A stretch of 64,000 nt of DNA, taken from positions 17,812 to 81,811 of the forward strand of contig JBBDSN010000188.1 of assembly GCA_040904885.1 (NCBI GenBank). Direction: 5' to 3'. Position 1 is the stretch's first letter; every line of letters starts with the position of its first letter. The notes beneath the pieces were generated by a model. It saw nothing but the letters and a program-made list of their open reading frames with translations, did no database searches and was not told where the DNA came from. A program made the position numbers and the translations under genes. Shown here in pieces: positions 48,689-57,738 of this stretch. The DNA comes from Gemmatimonadota bacterium (lineage in GTDB: Bacteria > Gemmatimonadota > Gemmatimonadetes > Longimicrobiales > Gaopeijiaceae).

Positions 48689-49186
48689 TCAGATCGGCAG
48701 CTCTACCTGGTTTCTGCGGAGCTCCTCGCGTTCCTGAGCCGCAGCCATTTCATCGACGAATTCCTGGAACTCACCCGCGTCCTGGAAGTTCCGGTAAACG
48801 GACGCGAACCGCACGTAAGCCACGCGGTCGAGGGGGCGGAGCAACTCCATGACGATCGCGCCGAGCTGGACGCTGGGCACCTCGACCGCCGCGCCCTTCG
48901 AAAGCTCGTCCTCCACCGCGTCGACGAGCTCCTCCATGGCGGATGCCGACACCGGGCGCTTCGCGCAGGCGATTTTCACGCTCGCGAGCAGCTTACCCCG
49001 GTCGAAGTCCTCGACCGCGCCGGAGCGCTTGAGCACCTGGGTGGCACGTTCCTCCACGTACTCGTAGGTCGTGAAGCGCGTGCCGCACACGGCGCACTCG
49101 CGTCTGCGGCGTACGGCTCGTCCGCCACGGCTGGCCCGTGTATCGACGACCCGGTTTTCGGTGGCATCGCACTCGGGACACCGCAT
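48689..49186 (-). CDS. nrdR: transcriptional repressor NrdR
   Basis: MRCPECDATENRVVDTR....RRRRECAVCGTRFTTYE zinc ribbon, followed by an ATP-cone. Confidence 0.95.
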   Translation of the reverse strand: MRCPECDATENRVVDTRASRGGRAVRRRRECAVCGTRFTTYEYVEERATQVLKRSGAVEDFDRGKLLASVKIACAKRPVSASAMEELVDAVEDELSKGAAVEVPSVQLGAIVMELLRPLDRVAYVRFASVYRNFQDAGEFQEFVDEMAAAQEREELRRNQVELPI

Positions 49187-49203
49187 CCCTCAACTGCGCC
49201 CCA

Positions 49204-50016
49204 CTACCCGATCTCTTCCAGCTTGTCCCGCGCGATCAGGGCGATCGCCGTTTCGGGGTACGTGTTCACGATCCGCTGGAGGGTGCGTCGCGCCTCATCC
49301 ACGTCTCCGGCGTCGATCTGCAGGATCGCGATGCGGTAGAGCGCATCCGGCACGCGCGTCGAGTTCGGGAAGCGCGACTGCACTTCCTCGAAGGCGCTGA
49401 GCGCCTCCTCCGGCTGCCCCTGCTGCACCAGGATGTCGGCCAGGAAGAAGTGCGCGTCCGGTGCACGCTCGTGGTTGGGGTGCTCCCGGATGAACTGCTG
49501 GAACGCACGCTGTGCCGTCAGGAGCGAGCCGCGGGCAAGCTGTTGGGTTGCCGATTCCCAGAGCTGGTTGGCGTTCGAGCCACCGACCCCGGGGAGATCT
49601 TCCGAAACCCCACCGCCTCCGGGCGTACCACCCGCGGGCGTCGCGCCGCCACCGGTGAGTCCACCCCCAACGGCCGTCGTGGCGCCACGTTGAAGCGCCG
49701 AGATGCCTCGCTGGTTCTCGCCCGTCAGGGCCCGCAACTGTGCCATCTCGTCACGGATCTCACGCATGATCCGGGTGATTTCACCCCGGAAGTCGAACAG
49801 CTGCCCCGACTGCGTGCGCAGCGTGTCCTGCGTCGTCGCCATGGCCATGCGCAACTCGCCCGTCAGTGAGTCCTGGGCGGCCGTGAGCGCCTGGATCTCC
49901 ATCTGGAGATTCCGGATGTCGCTCTTCATGGCGCAACCGCCGAGCGCGGAGACGGCGGCCACCGCCAGGAAGGCGCGGGCCGCCGTGGAGCATCGTGTTC
50001 GTGTCATGTTCAACAT
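49204..50016 (-). CDS. cpoB: Tol-Pal system protein YbgF/CpoB (here with a lipobox)
   Basis: Signal/lipobox ALGGC, N-terminal coiled coil, C-terminal TPR block (AQRAFQQFIREHPNHERAPDAHFFLADI...YRIAILQ). Confidence 0.8.
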   Translation of the reverse strand: MLNMTRTRCSTAARAFLAVAAVSALGGCAMKSDIRNLQMEIQALTAAQDSLTGELRMAMATTQDTLRTQSGQLFDFRGEITRIMREIRDEMAQLRALTGENQRGISALQRGATTAVGGGLTGGGATPAGGTPGGGGVSEDLPGVGGSNANQLWESATQQLARGSLLTAQRAFQQFIREHPNHERAPDAHFFLADILVQQGQPEEALSAFEEVQSRFPNSTRVPDALYRIAILQIDAGDVDEARRTLQRIVNTYPETAIALIARDKLEEIG

Positions 50017-50069
50017 GGTTCCCTCCCCCGGAAGGTCTCCGGGGGAGGGAACCCGCAAGGGTCGTACCG

Positions 50070-50666
50070 TCAGTTCGGCGAGTTGATCGCGTTCGCGCCG
50101 GCGGTGATGATGAACTCGCCACGCCGGTTCTGCGCCCACGCTTCTTCGTTCGAGCCCGTCGCGATGGGACGGCCTTCACCGAACGACACCGTCTCGAAAC
50201 GGTCGCCGGACAGCCCGAAGTCGGTCAGGAACTCCCGGACCGCTTCGGCCCGGCGGTTGCCCAGCGCGAGGTTGTACTCGGTCGAACCACGCTCGTCGGC
50301 GTGACCCTCGACCCGGATCCGGACCTGCGGGCTCGCACGAAGGATCTCGGCCTTCTGACGGAGCAGCTGCGCTGCGGCGGGCTCGATGTCCGACTCGTCG
50401 TAGTCGAAGAACACCCGCTGCTCGAGAATCGTACGAGCGGCAGCTACGAGGCGCTGACGCTCCGCGGCGGCGGCACTGTCGGCCGCGGCACGGGCTGCGG
50501 CCTCTGCAGCGGCACGCTGGGCGGCAGCGACAGAATCGCGATACCGCTGGAGCGAGTCCTGATCTGGGGCCGGCGGCGCCGGCGGCGGCGGCGGCGGGTC
50601 ACCACCGCAAGATCCTGCGACAAACGTGGCGACCAGGACCGACAAAACAAAGCGGCGGACGATCAT
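50070..50666 (-). CDS. pal: peptidoglycan-associated lipoprotein (OmpA-family C-terminal domain)
   Basis: Lipobox VAGSC, Pro-rich linker, OmpA-like FFDYDESDI...VEGHADERGSTEYNLALGNRRAEAV. Confidence 0.9.
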   Translation of the reverse strand: MIVRRFVLSVLVATFVAGSCGGDPPPPPPAPPAPDQDSLQRYRDSVAAAQRAAAEAAARAAADSAAAAERQRLVAAARTILEQRVFFDYDESDIEPAAAQLLRQKAEILRASPQVRIRVEGHADERGSTEYNLALGNRRAEAVREFLTDFGLSGDRFETVSFGEGRPIATGSNEEAWAQNRRGEFIITAGANAINSPN

Positions 50667-50773
50667 CCGTGCTACTCCCGAGTTGAACCTGAGGTTGACG
50701 ATAGCGGCGACCGACATGGAGCCGGACGACGCAACGAAGGTAACCACCTTTGGCAGCGGGGAAAGCCCCTATT

Positions 50774-50802
50774 CATATATGCCGAAAGCGGCTGTGGCGC
50801 AA
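50774..50802 (-). promoter_or_regulatory. candidate internal promoter for pal-ybgF
   Basis: Minus strand TTGCGC-N17-TATATG, in the comparatively AT-rich 164-nt tolB-pal spacer. Pattern match only. Confidence 0.25.
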
Positions 50803-50830
50803 CAATTTTCAGCCGGAGCGCCCGAAAGGC

Positions 50831-52204
50831 TCACCGCAGCGACAGCGACCAATCCGGGACCCCGACCCTCCGGCCCGACATCAACGCCCGGATCCGCCCC
50901 GTCGCGGCATCCACGACGAAGAGCCCGAAACCCCAGCTGCGCTCGCCGACGAACACCAGGTGCCGTCCGTCCGGCGCCCAGCTCGGGTCCTCGTTGTTCC
51001 CTTCCGAGGTCAGCTGGCGCAAGACGCGTCCGCCGTCGGCCAGATTCGCGACCAGAATGTGATAGCGCCCGCGCTCGATCCGGCCGTGGAACGCGACCCG
51101 GTCACCGAACGGGGACCAGTCCGGCGACGTATAGTAGCCACCGCTGCCATACTCGTAGGGAGACAACGTCTCGGCCTCGCCTCCCTGGGCCGGCATCAGC
51201 ATGATCTGCGGCACGGGGTCGCCGAAGCGGAGCGTATTGAACGCCATCCAGCGGCCATCGGGAGAATACGTCGGCGAGAGGTCGTACCACGGCCCCCCCG
51301 AGAGGTAGCTGAGGCAGCAATCGCGCGCGATATCGTACGTGAAGATGCCGCTCTGACCGCCTCGCCCGAGCACGGAGAAGGCGATCGTCCGGCCGTCGGG
51401 GTGGTAGGACGGCGTGATGTAGTCGCCGGCGCCCCGGACCTCGGGCAACATGGTACGGCGGCCGCTCGCGAGCTCCATCTCGTAGATCCTCGGCACACCC
51501 GAAGCCCACGACGTGAACGCGATCTTGCTCCCGTCCGGCGACCATGCGGGGGACTCGACCAGGCTCGCTTCGTCGGTCACGCGCCGCAGATTCTCGCCGT
51601 CCGAATCGATGACGTAGATGTCCTTGTTGCCGCTTCCGGCCGTCATCGTGAACGAGATGCGGCTCGCCGCCATGCCGGGCTCGCCGGTGATCCAGCGCAC
51701 GATCTCGTCCGACGTTCGGTGGACGGCCATCCGGAATTCGGGGTCGCGCGCGTCCGGTAGCCTGAACCGCTCGCTCTCGCTGACGGCACCGTAGACGACG
51801 TCGTGGAGCGAGAGCACGAGCACATAGCCCTCTCCCGCGCCCTCGACCTGGCCGTCCACCAGCCAGTCCGCCCCGAGCCGGTCCCAGAGCGCATAGTCGA
51901 CGGCGTCGTCGACCATACCCTCGGGCATCGCGTCGAGCACCTGGAAGCGGTCCGAGTTGCGGAGGTCACGACCGACGATCGCCTCGACGTCGCGCGCGAC
52001 GCCCCCGCCACCGAAACGACCCGAGAAGGGCTTGATGGCCAGAGCCGGCTGGTACGCCGTCTCGTAGACCAGGCCCAGGCTCACGCCGGGAATCTGGTCC
52101 GGTTCCTGGGCGGCCGCGGGTGCGGCTCCCATGAGCGCGACCCCACCGGCCATCACGGCCGCGACAACCCCGTCCCGAACCTTCGCTTCGATACGTCTTC
52201 TCAC
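50831..52204 (-). CDS. tolB: Tol-Pal system beta-propeller protein TolB
   Basis: Signal peptide, TolB N-domain, repeated PD40-like units (P.WSPDG..IAF). GTG start with GGAGAGG upstream. Confidence 0.88.
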   Translation of the reverse strand: MRRRIEAKVRDGVVAAVMAGGVALMGAAPAAAQEPDQIPGVSLGLVYETAYQPALAIKPFSGRFGGGGVARDVEAIVGRDLRNSDRFQVLDAMPEGMVDDAVDYALWDRLGADWLVDGQVEGAGEGYVLVLSLHDVVYGAVSESERFRLPDARDPEFRMAVHRTSDEIVRWITGEPGMAASRISFTMTAGSGNKDIYVIDSDGENLRRVTDEASLVESPAWSPDGSKIAFTSWASGVPRIYEMELASGRRTMLPEVRGAGDYITPSYHPDGRTIAFSVLGRGGQSGIFTYDIARDCCLSYLSGGPWYDLSPTYSPDGRWMAFNTLRFGDPVPQIMLMPAQGGEAETLSPYEYGSGGYYTSPDWSPFGDRVAFHGRIERGRYHILVANLADGGRVLRQLTSEGNNEDPSWAPDGRHLVFVGERSWGFGLFVVDAATGRIRALMSGRRVGVPDWSLSLR

Positions 52205-52211
52205 GCGTGTC

Positions 52212-52973
52212 TCACCTCTCCATGCCCATCGGCCTGAAATTGAACTGAACCGGCAGCCGGTCGAACGGTAGTTCTTCGGGCAACGGGCCGAACCGGCCTT
52301 GGCCGGCGCAGTCGATGGCGCCCATCGCCTCGAAATCGAACGAGGCGTTCCCCGACCGGGTGACGAACTCGATGTCCGTCGCGGCCCCGTCCCGCTGGAT
52401 CGCGAAGTAGATCGTCGTCTCCCAGTTGCCCCCACCCTGCCACCGGAAACACCGCTGAATCTGCCGGATGATGTTGTCGTAGTATGCCGGATAGTCCCGT
52501 CGGACACCCTCGAGGCGCACGTTGATCCCTTCGCCCGACTCGCGGGCGTCCTCGGGCGGCGTCTCGGTGGTGGTCGCGGGGCGTGGCTCCTCCTCGGGAG
52601 GAGGGTCGGGCTGCTCGGTCGGCGGGCTCGGAGGCGTCGGCTCGGGCTCGGGTTCCGGCTCGGGCTCGGGTTCCTCGGGTTCCGGCTCGGGCTCGGGCTC
52701 GTCCTGCTCCGGCGGCGGCGGCACGGGTTCGGGCTCGGGCTCGGGCTCGGGCTGCGTCTCGGGCACCTCGACGACGAGCTCCTCGGCCGCGAGCTCGGCG
52801 ACTTCGGCCTGCACCGAGGGGGGTGGGGAGACCAGCTCGATCTCGTAGGTGATGAACTCGACCACCTCGGGCTCGTAGAGCGTGCTCAGCCACCCGACCG
52901 CGAAGATCGCCAGGTGCAGCACGAACGACAGCGCGAACGCTTTGCGCTCGAAGGTCGGCGGACGCGCGGCCAT
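52212..52973 (-). CDS. tolA: TolA/TonB-family energy-transducer protein
   Basis: N-terminal TM anchor (FALSFVLHLAIFAVGWL), Pro/Glu-rich spacer, C-terminal TonB_C-like domain. Its position between tolR and tolB supports TolA. Confidence 0.7.
   Translation of the reverse strand: MAARPPTFERKAFALSFVLHLAIFAVGWLSTLYEPEVVEFITYEIELVSPPPSVQAEVAELAAEELVVEVPETQPEPEPEPEPVPPPPEQDEPEPEPEPEEPEPEPEPEPEPTPPSPPTEQPDPPPEEEPRPATTTETPPEDARESGEGINVRLEGVRRDYPAYYDNIIRQIQRCFRWQGGGNWETTIYFAIQRDGAATDIEFVTRSGNASFDFEAMGAIDCAGQGRFGPLPEELPFDRLPVQFNFRPMGMER
52584..52763 (-). repeat. low-complexity (Pro-Glu)n coding repeat in the tolA linker
   Basis: Encodes PETQPEPEPEPEPVPPPPEQDEPEPEPEPEEPEPEPEPEPEPTPP... from reiterated GGCTCGGG/GGTTCCGG units. 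Confidence 0.85.
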
Positions 52974-52979
52974 CCCAGG

Positions 52980-53417
52980 CTACCTGGGCCCGGACCAGGG
53001 CTCCGCGACGACCGACCAGTTGACGCCGCTCTGCACGGCGGTGGCCATGGCGCGCAGGACCGGTCCGTACGGCGCGAGCGAGTCCGCGCGGATGTAGATC
53101 CGCTCTACGTTTCCCACTTCCATGAGCTGCGGGAGGCTCGTCTCCAGCTCCTCGAGCGAGACTTCCGTCTCCTCCATGAACACCCGGCCGTCGCGCATCA
53201 CGGTGATGAAGAAGGGGCTGTCCTGAGAGGTGATCGGCTGGACATCCGCCCTCGGAATCGACACTTCGATGCCGCCCTGCAGGATGGGCGCCGTGATGAT
53301 GAAGATCACGAGCAGGGTGAACGCCACGTCCACGAGACTCGTGACGTTGATGTCGGCGTTCACGGGCAGATCGCTCCGCCCGAGGCCCCCACCCGAACGA
53401 CGCCCCCTCCGCGACAT
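52980..53417 (-). CDS. tolR: biopolymer transport protein TolR/ExbD
   Basis: INVTSLVDVAFTLLVIFIIT TM motif with the conserved Asp. Length 145 aa. Confidence 0.88.
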   Translation of the reverse strand: MSRRGRRSGGGLGRSDLPVNADINVTSLVDVAFTLLVIFIITAPILQGGIEVSIPRADVQPITSQDSPFFITVMRDGRVFMEETEVSLEELETSLPQLMEVGNVERIYIRADSLAPYGPVLRAMATAVQSGVNWSVVAEPWSGPR

Positions 53418-54139
53418 CAGACCCGGCCTTCTCGCGCGAGGGTGCCGATGAACTCGCTCGAGAAGCCCTCGAGCTCCCCGGTCACGAGGTTGAGCTTTCC
53501 GACGAAGTGGTTGTAGGCGATCACGGCGGGGATGGCGACCGCGAGCCCCGCCACGGTCGTCACGAGCGCTTCGGCCACACCGGGCGCCACCGCCATGATG
53601 TTGCTGGAGCCCGAAGACGTGATGCCCAGGAACGCGTTCATGACGCCGATCACCGTACCCATGAGGCCGAGCAGCGGCGAAACCGACCCGATCACCGCGA
53701 GCGCGCCGAGGCCGTGGGCGAGCTCGTCACGCTCCTCGGCCTCTTCCTTCTCGAGCACCATGCGAAGCGCCTCGAGCTGGGTCAGCGAGAGGCCCTGAGT
53801 GACCGGCGCCCCCTGGCGAAGCGCACCGGGGCGGAGCTCGCTGAAGAAGTTGACGCCCTGCCGGAAGACCCGCCCATAAGGCGATTCCGGGAGGGTCAGG
53901 ATGGCCTTGTAGGCGTCCTCGAGCCGCTGCGCGCGCTCCATCTGGTCGAGGAAGTGGTCCCCGAGGAGCCGTACCTCGCGAAACTGGCGCCACTTGAGGA
54001 AGATCAGCCACCACGAGGTCAGCGAGAACACCGCCAGGATCACCAGGACCATCTGTGTGGGAAGGGTGCCCCCCACGATCATCTCGAACGCGTTCGTCGG
54101 CGGTGCGGCTTGCAGCAACAGGAAGTAGGTCGCGCTCAT
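53417..54139 (-). CDS. tolQ: MotA/TolQ/ExbB proton-channel protein
   Basis: Three TM segments and the conserved C-terminal GLMGTVIGVMNAF...PGVAEALVTTVAGLAVAIPAVIAYN. Confidence 0.9.
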   Translation of the reverse strand: MSATYFLLLQAAPPTNAFEMIVGGTLPTQMVLVILAVFSLTSWWLIFLKWRQFREVRLLGDHFLDQMERAQRLEDAYKAILTLPESPYGRVFRQGVNFFSELRPGALRQGAPVTQGLSLTQLEALRMVLEKEEAEERDELAHGLGALAVIGSVSPLLGLMGTVIGVMNAFLGITSSGSSNIMAVAPGVAEALVTTVAGLAVAIPAVIAYNHFVGKLNLVTGELEGFSSEFIGTLAREGRV

Positions 54140-55101
54140 CCCTTCTGGGCCCTCTGTTCCGCGATGTATTCGTAGGTTTCCCGCAAGCCTTCCTCCAGCG
54201 AGAACGCCGGAGCCCAACCGCGCGAGCGCAGCAGGCTCGCATCGAGCGTGCTGTGGCGGAGCTCACCCGGACGTTCCGCCTGGTGGTCCCGGGGCTGCGA
54301 CGCGCCCGCGATCCCCTCGAGCACGTCCGCGAGCTGATTCACACTGGTGCCCGTCCCGGTGCCGACGTTGAACGCACGTGAATCCAGCCCCTCCCCGTCC
54401 TGGAGGTCGAGGTCGGAGACCGCCATGCTCGCGGCCACCACGTCACGGACGTACACGTAGTCCCGCGTCTGCTTTCCGTCGCCGAACACCGTCAGGCGCT
54501 CGCCGCTGAGAAGCCGATTGCAGAAGATCGCTACTACACCGGCCTCCCCATGCGGGTCCTGTCTCGGCCCGAACACGTTGGAGTAGCGGAGCGCCACGTA
54601 TTCGAGCCCCCGAATGCGCCGGTAGTAGTTCAGGTAGTACTCACCCGAGAGCTTGGTCACGCCGTACGGCGAGAGCGGCAACTTCGGCGCCGATTCGGGG
54701 GTCGGAATCTGCTCGGGCTCCCCGTAGACCACGCCTCCGCTCGACACGTACACCATCCGGGCCGTTCCCACCTCGATCGCGGCCTCGGCCAGGTTGAGCA
54801 GCCCCTGCAGGTTGATGCTCGCGTCCTTGATCGGATCCGCCACCGAGACGCGCACGTCGATCTGCGCGGCGTGATGATTCACGAGATCGAACCGTACCTC
54901 GCGAAAGAGGTTCCGGATCGCCGGATCGCGGATGTCGAGCTCGACGAACTCCGCGCCGGCCGGGATGTTGGCCCGACGACCCGAAGACAGGTCGTCGACG
55001 ATCCAGACGGCGTCACCGTTCGCGAGGTAGGCGTCGGCCACGTGACTCCCGATGAAGCCGGCGCCGCCGGTCACCAGAACGTTTCTCTTTGAGCGCGTCA
55101 T
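54136..55101 (-). CDS. NAD-dependent nucleotide-sugar epimerase (GalE-like SDR)
   Basis: VTGGAGFIGSH Rossmann motif and the catalytic SPYGVTK (YxxxK). Length 321 aa. Confidence 0.85.
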   Translation of the reverse strand: MTRSKRNVLVTGGAGFIGSHVADAYLANGDAVWIVDDLSSGRRANIPAGAEFVELDIRDPAIRNLFREVRFDLVNHHAAQIDVRVSVADPIKDASINLQGLLNLAEAAIEVGTARMVYVSSGGVVYGEPEQIPTPESAPKLPLSPYGVTKLSGEYYLNYYRRIRGLEYVALRYSNVFGPRQDPHGEAGVVAIFCNRLLSGERLTVFGDGKQTRDYVYVRDVVAASMAVSDLDLQDGEGLDSRAFNVGTGTGTSVNQLADVLEGIAGASQPRDHQAERPGELRHSTLDASLLRSRGWAPAFSLEEGLRETYEYIAEQRAQKG

Positions 55102-55151
55102 GAAGTCGGTCGGAAGTGTGGGGCAGGACAAGAAGCAGAACACGACCTGCT

Positions 55152-55193
55152 AAACAAACGGGAGTCCCCACCGGCGGAAACCGGCGGGGACTC
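55152..55193 (-). terminator. rho-independent terminator after the LysM gene
   Basis: Minus-strand RNA: GAGUCCCCGCCGG-UUUCCG-CCGGUGGGGACUC, a 13-bp stem with one G-U pair, followed by CCGUUUGUUU. Confidence 0.7.
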
Positions 55194-55243
55194 GGGGTGC
55201 TGCGGATCGGGCGAGCTGGCGCGGGTCCGGCTCACCCGGCTCG

Positions 55244-56335
55244 TCACGGCATCTGACGGACAAGCCGCACGATGACCCCCTGTCTGAACACGTCGTCGGT
55301 CAGCGACACGACATGGGCGGTCGCCGACGTCGGGGTGACGCTCACGACCTGAAGGCGGCCCCGCACATCGGTCCGGACCGCATCGCTGAAGAGGACGAAC
55401 TCGTCGCCCAATCCCACCCCGTGATCCGTCCCGAGGTCCAGGAACGCGTGCTGTCCGATGTCCACCAGATGTGACGTGCCCGCGAAGCCCATGATCATCG
55501 CCTCGGAGCCACCGGTCACGTCGGCCGCGTACCGACCGGCCTCCATCGAGTACTCCGGCATGGCGCCGACGAAGTCGTCCACCTGGATGCGGTCGTACTC
55601 CTTCGTGATGACCGCCACCGCGCCGCTGTCGTGGACCGCGGTCACGCTCAGGATGCCCGTCGGCGTGACGACCTGCCCGACGCGCGGGATCGACCGGCTC
55701 ACCCGGTACGTCCGGTATTGCTCTCCGACCCGCACGGGCGCGTCGGTCCGAACGTCGACCTGGTGGAACTGACGCATGGTCGAGCCACGGTCCGTCGGCA
55801 ACGCGAAGCCGCGAAGACGGCCGAGATGCTCGGGCTCGCCCTCGATGGCACCGAGCCACGGAGCGGAATACACCTGGTCGGCGTCGACCGCCACGTACTC
55901 GCGATCCCGCATCCCGACCACGGACGCCGCTTCCGGCTGGTTGCGGTAGAAGATGGTGCGCGCGTCCGCCCGCGAGACGCCATCCTGCGCAGGACGCTGT
56001 GCCCGATCCGGCTCACCGCCACCGCCGGGCACGCCTCCACCGCCCGGCGTGCCGCCACCGGGCTCCGGGTCGGTCTCGACGGTCGTCGCGTCGTCGCGGG
56101 CCGGAAGGCCCGGAATGGTGAGCACCTGATCGGGATAGATCAGATTCGGGTCGTCGATCACCGATCGATTGGCTTCCCAGATCAAGCGCCACTCGAACGG
56201 GTCCGAGTAGTAACGCTCGGAAAGATCCCAGAGGGTGTCGTCACGGATGACCGTGTGCGTTCCCTGGGACTGCTGTGCGAGCGCTAAACCTGGAAGAATC
56301 AACACGGCGAGTACGGCCGCCGCCGAGCGAACCAT
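55244..56335 (-). CDS. secreted LysM-domain protein with an uncharacterised C-terminal domain
   Basis: Signal peptide (AAAVLAVLILPGLALAQ), LysM (HTVIRDDTLWDLSERYY....W..IWEAN......PNLIYPDQVLTIP), Gly/Pro-rich linker, and a approx 230-aa beta-rich domain. Confidence 0.75.
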   Translation of the reverse strand: MVRSAAAVLAVLILPGLALAQQSQGTHTVIRDDTLWDLSERYYSDPFEWRLIWEANRSVIDDPNLIYPDQVLTIPGLPARDDATTVETDPEPGGGTPGGGGVPGGGGEPDRAQRPAQDGVSRADARTIFYRNQPEAASVVGMRDREYVAVDADQVYSAPWLGAIEGEPEHLGRLRGFALPTDRGSTMRQFHQVDVRTDAPVRVGEQYRTYRVSRSIPRVGQVVTPTGILSVTAVHDSGAVAVITKEYDRIQVDDFVGAMPEYSMEAGRYAADVTGGSEAMIMGFAGTSHLVDIGQHAFLDLGTDHGVGLGDEFVLFSDAVRTDVRGRLQVVSVTPTSATAHVVSLTDDVFRQGVIVRLVRQMP

Positions 56336-56388
56336 ATGGGCTCCTTCGGCAAGTAGGACAGGGCTTTTTGCCCGGTGGACACTGCTCG

Positions 56389-56418
56389 AAGATACGAGTG
56401 GTTCCCGTCTCCGGTCAA
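56389..56418 (-). promoter_or_regulatory. candidate sigma-70-like promoter for the LysM gene
   Basis: Minus strand TTGACC-N18-TATCTT, about 50 nt upstream of ATG 56335. GGAG Shine-Dalgarno sequence before the start. Confidence 0.35.
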
Positions 56419-56439
56419 CGAACTTTTTTCGAATTGACT

Positions 56440-57150
56440 TCAAATGTTCCCTCCTAGCTCGCTGGAAAGGGACACATAGCGCCCCCATCCGACCACGACA
56501 TGGTCGAGCACCGGGATGCCCAGCGCTCGCCCGGCCGCACCAAGTTGCCGGGTCACGACACGATCTTCCGGGGACGGTGTCGGGTCGCCCGACGGATGAT
56601 TATGGACCAGGATCACGCCAGCCGCGCCTTCCGCCACCGCCGGACGGAACACTTCCCGCGGGTGGATGAGCGACGCATCCAGGATACCCCGGGTTACCAG
56701 CACTTCTCGTACCACACGGTGTCGGGTGTTGAGCAGAAGCGCGTGGAACTCCTCCTGCGAAAGGTCGCGCAGGCGGGGTCCCATGCGCCGGAAGACGTCG
56801 TCCGGGCCGCGCACGGGCATGCCGGGATCGAGCTCTTCGGTCGCGGCCCTCCGGCCGAGCTCCAGGGCGGCGAGGACCCGGCAGGCCGTCGCGGTCCCGA
56901 CGCCCGAGACCTTTTCGAGCTCGCCCACGTCGAGCCCGGCGAGGCGGGCGAGCGACCCGCCGGCATGCCGGGCGAGGCGCTCGGCCACCACCCTGGCGGA
57001 GCCACCGGCGCTCCCGCTCCCCACCAGCAGAGCGAGCAGCTCGCCGAGCGCGAGGTGGCGGGCCCCGGCGTGACGGAGCCGCTCGCGGGGACGGTCGGCG
57101 AGGGTGGACGTGGACGGAGGGGTGCGCGCGTGCAAGGTGGGACCGGTCAT
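56440..57150 (-). CDS. radC: RadC-family JAB-domain protein
   Basis: HhH-like N-terminal region (ELLALLVGSG), JAMM motif ILVHNHPSGDPTPSPED. Confidence 0.88.
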   Translation of the reverse strand: MTGPTLHARTPPSTSTLADRPRERLRHAGARHLALGELLALLVGSGSAGGSARVVAERLARHAGGSLARLAGLDVGELEKVSGVGTATACRVLAALELGRRAATEELDPGMPVRGPDDVFRRMGPRLRDLSQEEFHALLLNTRHRVVREVLVTRGILDASLIHPREVFRPAVAEGAAGVILVHNHPSGDPTPSPEDRVVTRQLGAAGRALGIPVLDHVVVGWGRYVSLSSELGGNI

Positions 57151-57206
57151 GCACCAAGCTCGCCGGCGGGGTGGGGCGGGAACATGCCGGCGTGGGACGC
57201 TCGGCC

Positions 57207-57737
57207 TCACCGCTCCCCCGCTCCCTGCTCGTCCGCCCGCGCGTCGGCTCCCTCCGCCCCCGCGTCCGCTCCCTCGATCACCAACTCCATCACGCGCGCG
57301 TCCTCGGGCGGACTCTGGTAATAGTTCTTCCTCCGGCCGACGTCGCGGAAGCCGAACCGCTCGTACAGCGCCGCCGCGGCCAGGTTGGATTCCCGCACTT
57401 CGAGGTAGAGCGACTCGACGCCCCTCCTCCGGCAAGTGTCGAGGACGGCCTGAAGCAGCCGCGCTCCCAGCCCGCGCCCACGGAGGTCGGGGCGCACCGC
57501 GATGTTGGCGAGCTCCCCTTGGTCGAGCACGCACCAGAGCACCGCGTATCCGAGGATGCCGTCCCCGGGATCTTCGAAGGTGAGGAGCTCCAACCCCTCT
57601 CTCCCGATCAGTCCTTCGAACGTGTCGGCCTGCCAGGGGGTGCTGAACGCCTCCGTCTCGATCGCGATCACGGCGGACACGTCGGCGGCGATCATGGGGC
57701 GGACCCGCGCTTCCGGGTAGGAGGCTACGTGCGCCAT
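57207..57737 (-). CDS. rimI: ribosomal-protein-alanine N-acetyltransferase
   Basis: GNAT fold with IAVRPDLRGRGLGARLL and LEVRESNLAAAALYERFGF. Context with tsaB and tsaE. Confidence 0.85.
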   Translation of the reverse strand: MAHVASYPEARVRPMIAADVSAVIAIETEAFSTPWQADTFEGLIGREGLELLTFEDPGDGILGYAVLWCVLDQGELANIAVRPDLRGRGLGARLLQAVLDTCRRRGVESLYLEVRESNLAAAALYERFGFRDVGRRKNYYQSPPEDARVMELVIEGADAGAEGADARADEQGAGER

Positions 57738-57738
57738 G

